This document shows, in pieces, positions 22,064-32,715 of a stretch of 64,000 bases of DNA. The position numbers were made by a program, and so were the translations under genes. The stretch comes from an uncultured virus (IMG/VR IMGVR_UViG_2061766007_001501) (taxonomy: Duplodnaviria; Heunggongvirae; Uroviricota; Caudoviricetes): IMG/VR virus record IMGVR_UViG_2061766007_001501; one strand, 5' to 3'. A model generated the notes under the pieces. That model searched no databases. It saw only the letters and a program-made list of their open reading frames with translations, and had not been told where the DNA came from. Within the stretch, counting starts at the first letter, position 1; the number at the start of each line of letters is the position of its first letter.

Positions 22064-22705
22064 ATGTGTGTGATTGCCGTTTCGCCTGCCGGATGCAGGC
22101 AACCGAAAGAGAAAGATTTTCGCCTGATGTGGGACCATAATCCGCACGGTGCCGGGTTTATGTGGTGCGAGCATGACAAAGTATATATTCAAAAAGGGAT
22201 TATGTCGTTTGATGATTTCATGGACTGGATAAAATGCCAGCGATTCACGGCTGATGATCCTGTTGTATACCATTTCAGAATCAGTACGCAAGCCGGAACA
22301 GGGCCGGAAATGACACATCCGTTTCCGTTGTCCTCTGATCCTGACGAACTGATGAAAACAACGCCGCGCCCGTGTGATATTGGCGTTGCTCATAATGGGA
22401 TTATCCGGTTAACGTCTGACCCGAATGAATCGGTGTTTTCTGATACAGCGCTATTCATCCAGAAGTACATGACAAAAATAATCCGCTCACCCAACGACCT
22501 GGAATCAGAAAAAACAATCAACACGATTGATGCACTCGCCATGTCCAAGTTCGCTTTACTCAGAAATGACGGGCAGATCTTCACCATCGGCAAATTTTAC
22601 AGGCAGCCCGGTAAATTCCTGGTATCAAATGAATTTTACAAACCGGTTAGTAATTATTCCGGATGGTCCTATAACTACTTCAAAAATTTACATGTGGAGG
22701 TGTAA
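22064..22705 (+). CDS. Class II (Ntn) glutamine amidotransferase
   Basis: Starts MC; NPHGAG, HFRIST, THPF, AHNGII, SDT motifs. Confidence 0.9.
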   Translation: MCVIAVSPAGCRQPKEKDFRLMWDHNPHGAGFMWCEHDKVYIQKGIMSFDDFMDWIKCQRFTADDPVVYHFRISTQAGTGPEMTHPFPLSSDPDELMKTTPRPCDIGVAHNGIIRLTSDPNESVFSDTALFIQKYMTKIIRSPNDLESEKTINTIDALAMSKFALLRNDGQIFTIGKFYRQPGKFLVSNEFYKPVSNYSGWSYNYFKNLHVEV

Positions 22706-22708
22706 AAA

Positions 22709-23490
22709 ATGAATAACTATCCGGTTTATAAAAAGTGTCCATTATCCCGTGTTTCCCGTCGCCGATTCCATTGGAGCGACGGGGAAACATCCCTGAATGA
22801 CAACGGAATCAGAATCATAAAATCCCACAATCTCCCGTACTGCTACATTTTACAGAAATTGCACGTTCTTATTAATAATCGCTGGTGTCCGGTTGAATAC
22901 AGCCATATAAAAGGCGACACATGGGAAATGATTATATGGCATTTATGAAAGAGGTGTAGAAAATGAAATATCTGCAAGTTCCTGCCAGCCTGGATCAGAA
23001 ACAATTATATCATCCGAAAAGAACAAGCAATCACGGTTATTCAAAAAAGATTCCTAACGGTTATTACCTGATAGCGCACGAGCTTTTGACCGCTTCAGAA
23101 TGTAAACGCATCAACGCTCCAGTCGAGCTCTTAACACCTGTTGAAATAAAAAAGACTAAGACATATTGGTGCTTCGGCGCCCGTTTCCAGTGTGAATAAT
23201 TTACAAAGGAGGATGTAAAAATGTTCTTCAGCTTCATGGTCTATATTGACGGCGGGACAGATCACGACGGGAACGACATCATGATGAAAATTGCCGTTCC
23301 CGCAAAGGATGAACAGGACGCGCGGGATTATGTGGCCGGAAACGGCGAGATTATCGCCGTGCGTGATGTATCGGATGAATACCGTATCAGCGCATCTCGG
23401 GTATATGACGCGCTGGAAAAAGCCAATTTCACGCAGCACGAAATAGACTTCATTGTCCGGACACTTCAAAGAACAGAGATAGCACGATAA
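22709..23490 (+). other. Three small hypothetical genes (22709-22948, 22963-23199, 23221-23490)
   Basis: Each has an SD and a TGTA(A/G)AAAA(A)TG-type start context. Confidence 0.65.
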
Positions 23491-23514
23491 AAAAACACAT
23501 GGAGGTATGTAAAA

Positions 23515-23883
23515 ATGAAAACTTCAGAAACAGCACGCGAGATTTCCGCGATCATTCTTCAACAGCTCGGTGGCAGGCATTTCCTGGTAATGACCGGCAG
23601 CAAAAACCTCGTCTATGGAACCGATGACAATTACCGCGATTTTCTACGAATGAGCCTACACAAAAACGCAAGCAAGGCGAACCGTCTGACAATCTACTAT
23701 AACGCTGGCATGGATGAATATAACATGGTTTTCGAAAAAATCACACTGCCGCGCTGGTGCCCGAAACAATTTAAATATTCAGACTACAAACAAGAGACCA
23801 TAAAAGAATACAACGGCATTTACTTCGATCAGCTCCAGGAGCTTTTCACAGAAACAACCGGTCTGCTGACCAGCCTGTTTTAA
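23515..23883 (+). CDS. Conserved-looking phage early protein
   Basis: ILQQLGGRHFLVMTGSK...KANRLTI...DEYNMVF pattern. Confidence 0.6.
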   Translation: MKTSETAREISAIILQQLGGRHFLVMTGSKNLVYGTDDNYRDFLRMSLHKNASKANRLTIYYNAGMDEYNMVFEKITLPRWCPKQFKYSDYKQETIKEYNGIYFDQLQELFTETTGLLTSLF

Positions 23884-23913
23884 CCAAAATATTTACAGAA
23901 GGACGTGTAAAAA

Positions 23914-24645
23914 ATGAAATACCTTACACCCGGCGGTTCCCGTTTCACGCTCTACTCTTCCATGCTGGATCAGTCGCACTTGCTTGTCGCAGGTGCGACC
24001 GGCTCCGGTAAATCCGTTTTGATGAACAGCCTGATCAGCACGGCACTGCTGGACAGTCCCGCCGCCGCTCGACTTGTCCTGCTCGATCCGAAAATGACGG
24101 AGCTGTTCCAGTGGGAAAAACTCCCACATACAATCCGCTACAGTTTCGAACAGGATGAAATGATAAAGGCCCTCCGCGAAACGATAGAGATCATGGAGTC
24201 CCGTTTACGGCACCTCCGGACCATGGGCGAAAGACTCTGGACGGGCGCACAGATCTATGTGGTGATTGACGAACTGGCGGACCTGCTGACCACAAACAAA
24301 GTCGAAGTCACGCCGCTCTTGCAACGTATTATGCAGCTGGGCCGGGCGGCCGGAATCCACGTCATAGCAGGCACACAATGCCTGCTGGCGTCGATCCTGC
24401 CCACGCCCATCAAAGTCAATTTTCCCGCCGTCGTTTGTCTCAGAGTCGCAACAAAACAGCAATCCCGCTTTATCTGCGATAAAACCGGCGCGGAACAGTT
24501 TCCGGACCCGAAAACAGCCGGAAAGGCGCTGGCGTTCTTCCGGACCGGCGCGGACATTAAACAGTTTGAGGTTTACGCTGTTCCGGAATCGGAACAGAAA
24601 CGGCTCGTTTCCTGGTGGACGGGAACAGAATCGGTTATTGGATGA
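23914..24645 (+). CDS. Stand-alone FtsK/SpoIIIE-type ATPase domain
   Basis: HLLVAGATGSGKS, LLDPK, VVIDELADL, LGRAAGIHVIAGTQ; no membrane domain. Confidence 0.9.
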   Translation: MKYLTPGGSRFTLYSSMLDQSHLLVAGATGSGKSVLMNSLISTALLDSPAAARLVLLDPKMTELFQWEKLPHTIRYSFEQDEMIKALRETIEIMESRLRHLRTMGERLWTGAQIYVVIDELADLLTTNKVEVTPLLQRIMQLGRAAGIHVIAGTQCLLASILPTPIKVNFPAVVCLRVATKQQSRFICDKTGAEQFPDPKTAGKALAFFRTGADIKQFEVYAVPESEQKRLVSWWTGTESVIG

Positions 24646-24659
24646 AAGGAGAATTTACA

Positions 24660-26077
24660 ATGTATTACGTAATTTATGATACTGTTTCCGGACGTTTCCG
24701 GCGCGACTTCCCCGGTTTCCTCGCCGCGTTTCGTTTCGCTCATCAACTGGAACAGACAACCGGGATCAACGCTTGTCTGTCATACGTTTTCCGGCACGGA
24801 AAAAGCGTATCCGTTTACCAGCGCCAAGCCGCCACGGTGCCGGTCCCACAAACACAACTTGCATGGAATTAAGGAGGATTTGAAAATGTTCTACGGTTCT
24901 TATGTTCTCAATGGCGAAAAGCACGCTGCAATCTATGACTCTTGGGATTTATGGCACCGCGACACATTCTGTCCGCTTTGCGAAAAAATCACCGTTATTC
25001 CATTTGAAACGCACGGAAAATCCTATGCTGACCGGCGCGAATCCGTCCGGGAAACGGCGGTTGAATGGTCCAATTGTGGCGAAGCGTGGCCGCTGTCATG
25101 GGGCGAAGTGCAGACCATTGTGGACTGGTTCTATCGCATGGGGAAACGCTACGGCCTGCTGTCGGAGTTCCGCGAAAACGGGCTTTGCTGAACACGATTC
25201 AGTCAAAAAACAGATTCAGAAATTACAACGGAGGATGTAAAAATGGACAATCAGGAAGTATTTGACAAGCTCAGTGATATCGAATGTTATCTGTTTTATG
25301 AAATCGACAATCCGACCCAGAACACAGCCAACATCGACCCGGAAAAGCTTAAAGCGTTCCACAATGCCATCGACGAAGCCCTGCAAGCATGGCACGATCT
25401 GACCGGCTGCACGCTGATGCACTGATCCGTTGCAATCCAATAAAATCCGTTATAAAATAAGCAAAAACAGGAGGAAAAAACAATGAAACGGACCTATGGA
25501 AACGAAAAAACCAATCTCACCCTTTCTGGAAAGGCCTTGGACTTCTACAACATGGCCGACCCGATCACGATCATCGAAGAAGAACAGGAAAACGGCGAAT
25601 ATCTCTATCAGGTCCTGTCCGGTCGCGATCTGCTCCATGACGGACTGATGACTGAATCTCAGCTCATCAAGTGGCTTGAAGATGGATATAATGAAGCAAT
25701 GACAGAGTGCTAAATATGACCGGAGAACACGCCAGTATGCAAAACATGTTTGAAGTATAAATCAAACATGAATATAATAAAAAAATATGGAGGAAATCAC
25801 AATGAAAAAAGCTGATGGGATCATTACAACCACATTTGAAACAGACAATGAAGACTTCTATATCGACATTGTAGAGCATAAAACCGGAGATACCCAATGG
25901 GACGTGTGGTTGTACCACAAGGATATCTGCGTCAAAGAATTCGTCATCGGCAGCGCCAGAAGCAATGGCGAAACGTTGGAATCTATTCTGGAAGAAATGG
26001 AAACTTATCTGTACGAATCAGGGAATGACGGACTGGACTTCTTCGATCTATATGAAGAAAGATACATGACAGAATAA
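24660..26077 (+). other. Five small hypothetical genes (24660-24872, 24886-25191, 25243-25425, 25483-25713, 25787-26077), several acidic
   Basis: GGAG(G) SD sequences and co-orientation with the island. Confidence 0.65.
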
Positions 26078-26085
26078 TCTACTCC

Positions 26086-26108
26086 GACCGGCTCCGGCCG
26101 GTCTTTTT
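26086..26108 (+). terminator. Intrinsic terminator closing the island
   Basis: gaccggc-tccg-gccggtc followed by ttttt. Confidence 0.75.
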
Positions 26109-26407
26109 ATACCCTTTTTTCCGTCCGTTCCTGCCCGTTCTGTGCCGTTTTAATCCGGAGCGGTAGTTTCAGTCCAACCCATGCCAATCGGCCCGTTCCT
26201 GCCCGTTCTGCGCTGTTCCGGGCGGTGTACGTTTGAACGGTCCAGAGCCGTTCCAACAGAAAAAGCAACCTGCTCGCGTATTAAGGTATTATTATTATTT
26301 ATAACGTACATTTAATATATATATAGTGTACGATTATAACGAATAATATATCCTACATCGCGGGCAGGTTGCTTTCTTGTATTTTGCGCCATTCCGGCGT
26401 ACTCGTG

Positions 26408-26977
26408 TCAATCCGTTTCGTCCGGCTCCGGCAGTGCGTCTATAATGCGTTTCCGGGCTGCTTCTTCATCCAGGTTTTGCAGCGGATTGTTCGGCGTGAC
26501 AACAACCTCAGTGGTATCTGTATATCCGTAATGGTTCTTACCAAGGAAGATCAGATTTGGCGGGGCGGCCTTCCCGTTCAGCATGTAATCCTCCCACATT
26601 TCCTCGATAAAATTGTATGCTTTTTTTATCAAGTCTAAGCTTGCACTGTTTATCGTTTTCCCTATCGTCCCTGCCTTCCATGTCCAGAGCGTTTTTCTTG
26701 ACACGCCCAGAGCGTTAGCGAGACCAACAATACCTGGTTTCATATCGTTTTCCGCGCATCGCCCCAGATACCAGTTAATTCTGTCCTGCACTTCTTCCGG
26801 CTTGTCCATATCGACAGGCGGAGCATTAAACGATGCCATTGCGAACGATATATATTTAGCGTTATCGCCCGGTTCAACATACTCCTGACCGAAGTTGGCA
26901 AGATCCGGACGGTTTCGTTTCTTTTTCTTAACGATATCAACCGCCTGTTCATCGGATAATCCGGTTTTGTTCGTCAC
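26408..26977 (-). CDS. terS: Terminase small subunit
   Basis: KPGIVGLANALGVSRKTLWTW HTH, LIKKAY, IFLGKNHYGYTD. Confidence 0.8.
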   Translation of the reverse strand: MTNKTGLSDEQAVDIVKKKKRNRPDLANFGQEYVEPGDNAKYISFAMASFNAPPVDMDKPEEVQDRINWYLGRCAENDMKPGIVGLANALGVSRKTLWTWKAGTIGKTINSASLDLIKKAYNFIEEMWEDYMLNGKAAPPNLIFLGKNHYGYTDTTEVVVTPNNPLQNLDEEAARKRIIDALPEPDETD

Positions 26978-27153
26978 GTTTCAATCGACTCCTTTCGTAT
27001 TGTTCCCGTTTCGCACTAATCCTATCACATTTCGCACAAAAACGCCACTTTTACGGTGCCTGCCATCTGAACGTCCGTTTTCTCACGTTTCAATCCAAAC
27101 GGGCCAATTTACCCCGTTTTGTGCCATTCTGCGCGTTTTAATCCAACTTGCCA

Positions 27154-27876
27154 TCACCTGTTCTGTTTCTTTGCCATATACTTCTGATATTCTGCTTCGG
27201 TGTAAAGGTGATCCGGCGGGTAATGGGTGTCAATCCAGAGTTCAAATCCGTGGCAAGCGGCGCGGATAGAGAACCAACGATCTTCCCCGCGAAAAGCGTT
27301 CAGGATGTTTGGGACGCGTGTATAGTTTACTCCCGCTTCGAGGACCTTACGCTTGACAAGCGTACATGCGCCGGTCATACCGCACTGATAGACGCCGGGC
27401 GTTTCCCATTCGGGCGGGTTTTTGGAATACTGATCGAACATCCATGCATTGCACCAGCGGTAACGATCCTGCGAGACAGAAAAGAACAGTTCCGAGATGA
27501 TGTCCTTATCCGCTTCGAGCAAGGCGGTCAGGGTCATGGGATGCAGCACGAGGTCGGTGTCAATCGAGAACCAGTAATCGTAACCAATATCAAGGGCGTA
27601 CTCTATGGTTTTGTTCCGGAGCATTTCCATGGCGGTCATATTGGATGCTGTCCAGAGATGGTCGTTATGTGTTTTCGAGTACGCCTCGCCCGTATCGCAA
27701 ACGACGTAATGGTCAGATGGATCAAGGTATGGAATCAGTTCCGGGCAGTTGTTGATCACGAAGTAGGTATCGACCTGGTATCCGCCCGGAACGATCAGGT
27801 TTGCGATGCTTTCCCGATACTCGCGGAAGATTTTCGGTTCCTGTCTGGCGGGAGCTGTAATAAGGACTTTCTGCAT
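27154..27876 (-). CDS. GT-A fold glycosyltransferase
   Basis: DYWFSIDTDLVL, GMTGACTLV, GEDRWFSIRA. Confidence 0.85.
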   Translation of the reverse strand: MQKVLITAPARQEPKIFREYRESIANLIVPGGYQVDTYFVINNCPELIPYLDPSDHYVVCDTGEAYSKTHNDHLWTASNMTAMEMLRNKTIEYALDIGYDYWFSIDTDLVLHPMTLTALLEADKDIISELFFSVSQDRYRWCNAWMFDQYSKNPPEWETPGVYQCGMTGACTLVKRKVLEAGVNYTRVPNILNAFRGEDRWFSIRAACHGFELWIDTHYPPDHLYTEAEYQKYMAKKQNR

Positions 27877-27879
27877 GGG

Positions 27880-28483
27880 TTATATTTCCCCTTTCTTATG
27901 CTGATCGGACAGGCTGCCCGGTCGCAAGTAGTTGTAGTAATACATCGGCATTGCGGACCACAATCCAACGGGGTGTTTTGCGATAAGGGAATCCAGGAAG
28001 TGCAGATCTGAGCTGTACGGAGCGTTATCGAAACGCATGTCCCCGATAAACCCGCGGCGCCAGCAGTGTCCGGCGGCCATTCCGAGATACTTTCCGGGCG
28101 GTGCTGCGCGGTATCCGACGTGCCGCCAGATGATTCCGAAATNNNNNNNNNNNNNNNNNNNNCCGAACGATATCATATAACTGCTGGAACACGAACTCAT
28201 GCAGCCACCAGTCGTCATCGTCCAGGAAGAGAATCCATTCGCCCCGTGCGATATCGAGACCGGCGTTGCGCGCCAGTCCGTCCCGCCGTTCACGGACGGA
28301 AACGACACGGGCTCCGCGGCCCTGAGCGATACGGGCGGTATCNNNNNNNNNNNNNNNNNNNNNNNNNNNNNNNNNNNNNNNNNNNNNCTGAAGCGATTGG
28401 GACGCGCAGCTGTCGAGCGCTTTTCCGATACGTTCCGCGCCGTTATGGGACGGGATAATAATACTGAAAAAAGGATTATCCAT
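27880..28483 (-). CDS. GT2 family glycosyltransferase, spans N gaps
   Basis: FSIIIPSHN...ARNAGLDIARGEWILFLDDDDW. Confidence 0.85.
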
Positions 28484-28487
28484 GCGA

Positions 28488-28826
28488 TCACATCCGATCT
28501 ATCAGTCCGCGTTCTTCCGTGGCGGCCCTGTTTGATGTTTTGATAGTGTTCCATATATGGCTTACGGATATACCGGTCCGGGCGGAATAGTCCTCTACGG
28601 TGTGCAAGTCGCGTCCCCATTCCGTTGTGTAATACATCCGCATGATTTCCTGTTCCGCCTTGCTGAAACGTTCGAGCGCCCGGCGGCACGCTTCCCATTG
28701 TTCACGGTTAGACAGGCTCATTCCGGACGGGTCCGCATCCGGACGGGAGTAATAGAACCGCCACATATGGTTACCTACTGCGTCAATCCACGGTTTTGTC
28801 AACTCCGTCACCTCCGGTTTGTGCAT
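28488..28826 (-). CDS. Possible RinA/ArpU-like late transcriptional activator
   Basis: ALERFSKAEQEIMRMYY...GISVSHIW sigma4-like pattern; upstream of terS. Confidence 0.4.
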   Translation of the reverse strand: MHKPEVTELTKPWIDAVGNHMWRFYYSRPDADPSGMSLSNREQWEACRRALERFSKAEQEIMRMYYTTEWGRDLHTVEDYSARTGISVSHIWNTIKTSNRAATEERGLIDRM

Positions 28827-29036
28827 GCTGAACTTCCTCGCATATCATCCTGTGCAGCCGCTCGCAGACTTCACGGTTTTTGCAGGACACAATGATATTG
28901 CGTATTGCGGTTCCTGCTGTGTCGTCTGCGTAGTTCCATCCGTAGTGACCTGCGGACGACAACGAAGCCATAACGTCAATCTCCGCGCATCTGTCGCATA
29001 TCGAAAACGGCAACTGTAATTTCACTTCCGTATGCT

Positions 29037-29681
29037 TCATCCGCCCGCCCTCTTTCTCAGCGCTTCATACGTCTTCTCGTTGTACTCCGCCTGTCCCAGA
29101 TGCCCGACCTTCACGCGGCTGTCGCACAGCATCCTCACGCCCATCTGTCCGACGCGGTAACAGAAGCTCAGATCCTCTCCGCACCAGGGATACTGGCTGA
29201 ACGGTGGTCCGAACTCATTCCATACGCGCCTGATTAAGTCCACGCTGGTCATCACGAACCCGAACCCGCTCCCGGCGATGTCAAACAGGCTGTCCTTCGG
29301 ATACGGATCGAACCGCGTCAACCGGTTTACAGGCACGTCATTTATCATCGCAGGCGGCTTGATATCTTTGTAAATCACCGGTTCGCATTTCTCATTCCGT
29401 CCGAAGAAGATCCCGCAGACATATTCCGCGCCAGTTTCGTCCATGTCCGCGCTGAGTCGTTCCATGGCGTCCGGATCGAACCGCATATCGCTGTCGATCC
29501 ACAGAATCCTGTCCGCGCCCGCTTCGATAGCGTCGGCGCAGATCAGGTTGCGTGAGTCATAAATCATGCTGGACACCTTGAAATTGATATGTGTTTCCCC
29601 GACTCGTTTCATTCCCATCAGGCTCGATACAAATCGGGTATGAATCATGTCCATGCACGGGATACCGATCATTGTTTTCAT
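29037..29681 (-). CDS. GT-A fold glycosyltransferase, paralog-like to 5610-6249
   Basis: SRNLI, DRILWIDSDM, GSGFGFVM, GEDLSFC, VGH. Confidence 0.85.
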   Translation of the reverse strand: MKTMIGIPCMDMIHTRFVSSLMGMKRVGETHINFKVSSMIYDSRNLICADAIEAGADRILWIDSDMRFDPDAMERLSADMDETGAEYVCGIFFGRNEKCEPVIYKDIKPPAMINDVPVNRLTRFDPYPKDSLFDIAGSGFGFVMTSVDLIRRVWNEFGPPFSQYPWCGEDLSFCYRVGQMGVRMLCDSRVKVGHLGQAEYNEKTYEALRKRAGG

Positions 29682-29918
29682 GCCTTGTGTCCTCCGTATA
29701 TCGGGAAATCAATCTGGCCGACGTTTCCCGCGTTCTCCTGCTCGGTCATGATGGCCACACGCTCATCCAGTTCTTCCAATCTGTCTGCCGCGCTTATCAC
29801 CAGGTTCTTGCGGTCTCGCGTCAGCACGCCTCCAGCGTCCGCCATCAGCCTCAGTCTGTGAACCATTGTTCCCGTTGTCATCGGATTGCCTGATACCTTG
29901 CCCATACGCATTTCTCCT

Positions 29919-31030
29919 TTACGCGAACGTCCGCACCGGCAGGAGCAGCTGCACACTGTTTGTGTTATCCTTCGGCACCGCAACACACGGGGACGTCGGC
30001 GCGTTGAACTTGAAGATCACCTGTTCCCCATCCATGTTCTTCAGCATATCCCGGATATAGTTGCTGTTAAACGCAATGTCCAGTCCGTCTCCGTGCGTGG
30101 ACACTTCCATCTCTTCCTCCACGTCGCCAATCTCCGCGTTACTGCTGATTTTTACACAATCCTCTGTAAAACTCAGTTTAATCAGGTTGTTCTTTCCCTC
30201 CCTCGCCATCAGGCTGGCCCGTTCGATGGCGTCCGTCAGCGCCGTAACGTCCGCGTTCACTTCGGTCTTAAACGTTTCGGGCAGGATGCGTCGGTAGTCG
30301 ATATACTCTCCCGCCAGCAGCGAACCGACCATTTCAATCGCACCGAACCGGCACATCATCCGTCCATTGCCGAGCGTCAGCAGGCAGTCCTCGTCCGTGC
30401 TGTTCATGGCCTTGCTCATCTCGTTCAGCACCCGTCCGGGAATGACCGCGCTGACATTCTTCTGTCCGTCCGGAATCGCGTACGCACCCGCCGTCTTTTG
30501 CATCGCCAGTCGGAACCCGTCGAGCGTCACCATCCGCATTTCATCCGGGGTAATTTCTACAAGCCCNNNNNNNNNNNNNNNNNNNNNNNNNCGTCCGTGG
30601 CGATGGCGAACGATACGTGATTGATCATGTCCTTCAGTTTCGCCTGGGGTACGCTCACCTCGTATCCTTCAACCTCAGCCACATCGGGATATTCCTTCCC
30701 GGCGATCACGCTCAGTTTGCTCCTGCTTTTCTGGCAGCGGATGGATACGCTGTTTCCGTCCGTCTCCATCCGCACGGTTCCGTTCGGCAACTTCCGCACC
30801 AGCTCCGCGAATAACTTTCCGGGCAGGATGGCGGTCCCGTCCTCTTCCGCAGAACACTCACCGTGCCAGCGGATCGTGAACGACCCGTCCGAGCAGGTCA
30901 GCGTGACACGATTGTTTTCGGTTACAAGATACACGCCGTCCAGAATCGGTTGCGTCGGTTTCGACGCCAGCGCGCGGGTTACGATGTTCAGTCCTTCGAG
31001 TAAACTTTTGTGTTCGATTGTCAGTTTCAT
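29919..31030 (-). CDS. dnaN: DNA polymerase III beta sliding clamp, spans an N gap
   Basis: PILDGVYL, LPGKLFAELVRKLP, TLDGFRLA, LLAGEYIDYRRILP, IAFNSNY, LLLPVR. Confidence 0.9.
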
Positions 31031-31073
31031 GAGAATTGATCTCCCTTCACATATTTTTTGTCGTTTTTTATGC

Positions 31074-31551
31074 CGGTGTACGTCGGTGTACGGTCGTTTT
31101 TGGACACCGTACACCAAAATGCGCCCTGCAAGCCTTGATTTTCCTACACGGTGTACGAAATGTACGTCGTGTACGGTGTTTTTTTACGCTTACGCGCGTG
31201 AGTGTGCGTAAACCCTATGTTTTCTTCTCTCTAATATAGGGTATATATTTTCCACACCGTACACCGTACATTTCGTACACCGGAACCCTGTTTTTGGTCA
31301 TTTTTTACCCCTCTTTCTGTAAAATCCTGTTTTTGCCACCGTACATTTCGTACATTTCGTACACTGATACTCTTTGTTCAGTACTCTGTGTATACGCACC
31401 GTACATTTCGTACATTTCGTACACCGTACATTCTGTCAAAGGTCAAACACGCAACTCTGCGTTTTTGTGACCGTGCATTTCGTACATTTCGTACACTGGC
31501 TTTTTCGGCGTTTCCGTACCGTTTCCGCCCTTACCGTACACGACGTACACC
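31074..31551. repeat. Iteron-like direct and inverted repeat cluster (candidate replication origin)
   Basis: gtacatttcgtaca at about 31266, 31341, 31401, 31473 (variant) and inverted gtgtacgaaatgtacg at about 31151, around an AT-rich core. Confidence 0.65.
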
Positions 31552-32396
31552 GGAACGGAGCGCAACAGTTACATTTCGGATACGCTGTTTTGTCCTGCTA
31601 CTGTTCTGGGCGTAACTTTTCGTCATGTAAAAGCATACCCGAACCAGCCGCATTCGCACTCATACAGATACTGCTCTGGATAGGAAGTCAGCACAATATC
31701 GGTCCGTTTCCAGATCTTTTTGCCGCATTTCGGACACTCGATGTCCGTCAGAATCCTGTTCGGAAATTCCTGCTCCATTGGCGTTTTTCGTTCGTGTTCT
31801 TCCCATTTCATTCCGCGCTCTCTCTTTCTGCTTTCTTTTTCGCTGTATATCCCATCGGTGTCCCATTGGCATTGTCAAGTTCCTGTAACTGATACATTAA
31901 TTGTGTCATGCCGAGCGTTGCGGCTTGTTCCCCGCAAACATCAAGCGCTATGTGTGCTACGTTCTCGATTGCCTTGTTCACATAATCCACTCGCGTTTTT
32001 CTGTCATCCTCGAATATCAGATGCGTCGCACTGTGCCGGATCGCCGCAAGTTCTTTCAGAACTTTCAGACGTTGCTTTTCGGTCAATATCTTCATTCTTC
32101 TTTCCTTTCTCCGTCATAGCAGTAAAAATCAGCAGGCATCCAGAGTTCGTTCTTCTTTGTCCCGTGCTTTTTACAAACTACGCGGTAGACGCTTCCGTCC
32201 AATTTATGCGTTCTGCATCCTCCGTGCTTGCACTCCTCACAATGAACCACCTTCACATATCCGGCCCGCTTCATGGCGTCCTGGCACTCCACGCAGATCT
32301 GTTCCCTGTTCGGCACCATCATCCTGTGACAAATCCTGCAAAACGTTCCGTCACTCATGCTTGTCCCTTTCCTGTTTATGGTGATTATTGTTGCCC

Positions 32397-32666
32397 TTAA
32401 GTCATACCAAGTCTTTTCCGCAATCTGTCAAACTTAAAATTAATCCTCTGCTGTATCAAATCCTGCGGCACAGCGCAAAGTCTTTTTAACTGTTCAAGCA
32501 TGATATAAACATCTGCCATCTCGTCCGCAATCTCAAGAAAATTATCTTTTCCACGCTTGAATTTGCAGATTTCCTTTGACAGTTCGCTCATCTCTTCGAT
32601 GACCATCCATAATTGTGCATCCTTCCCATAAGTATCTATTGCTTTTTGAATTACATCTTCTTCCAT
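32397..32666 (-). CDS. Second MazG-like pyrophosphohydrolase
   Basis: IEEMSELSKEICK...DEMADVYIMLEQL. Confidence 0.7.
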   Translation of the reverse strand: MEEDVIQKAIDTYGKDAQLWMVIEEMSELSKEICKFKRGKDNFLEIADEMADVYIMLEQLKRLCAVPQDLIQQRINFKFDRLRKRLGMT

Positions 32667-32715
32667 ACTTCCTCCAATTCACTTAAATCGTCATTATTAT
32701 CACTTAAAACTTCAA

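Noticed and set aside
31074..31551. GTACA repeat cluster as a CRISPR array or coding repeat
   Set aside because: Short, irregularly spaced units in both orientations fit iterons better
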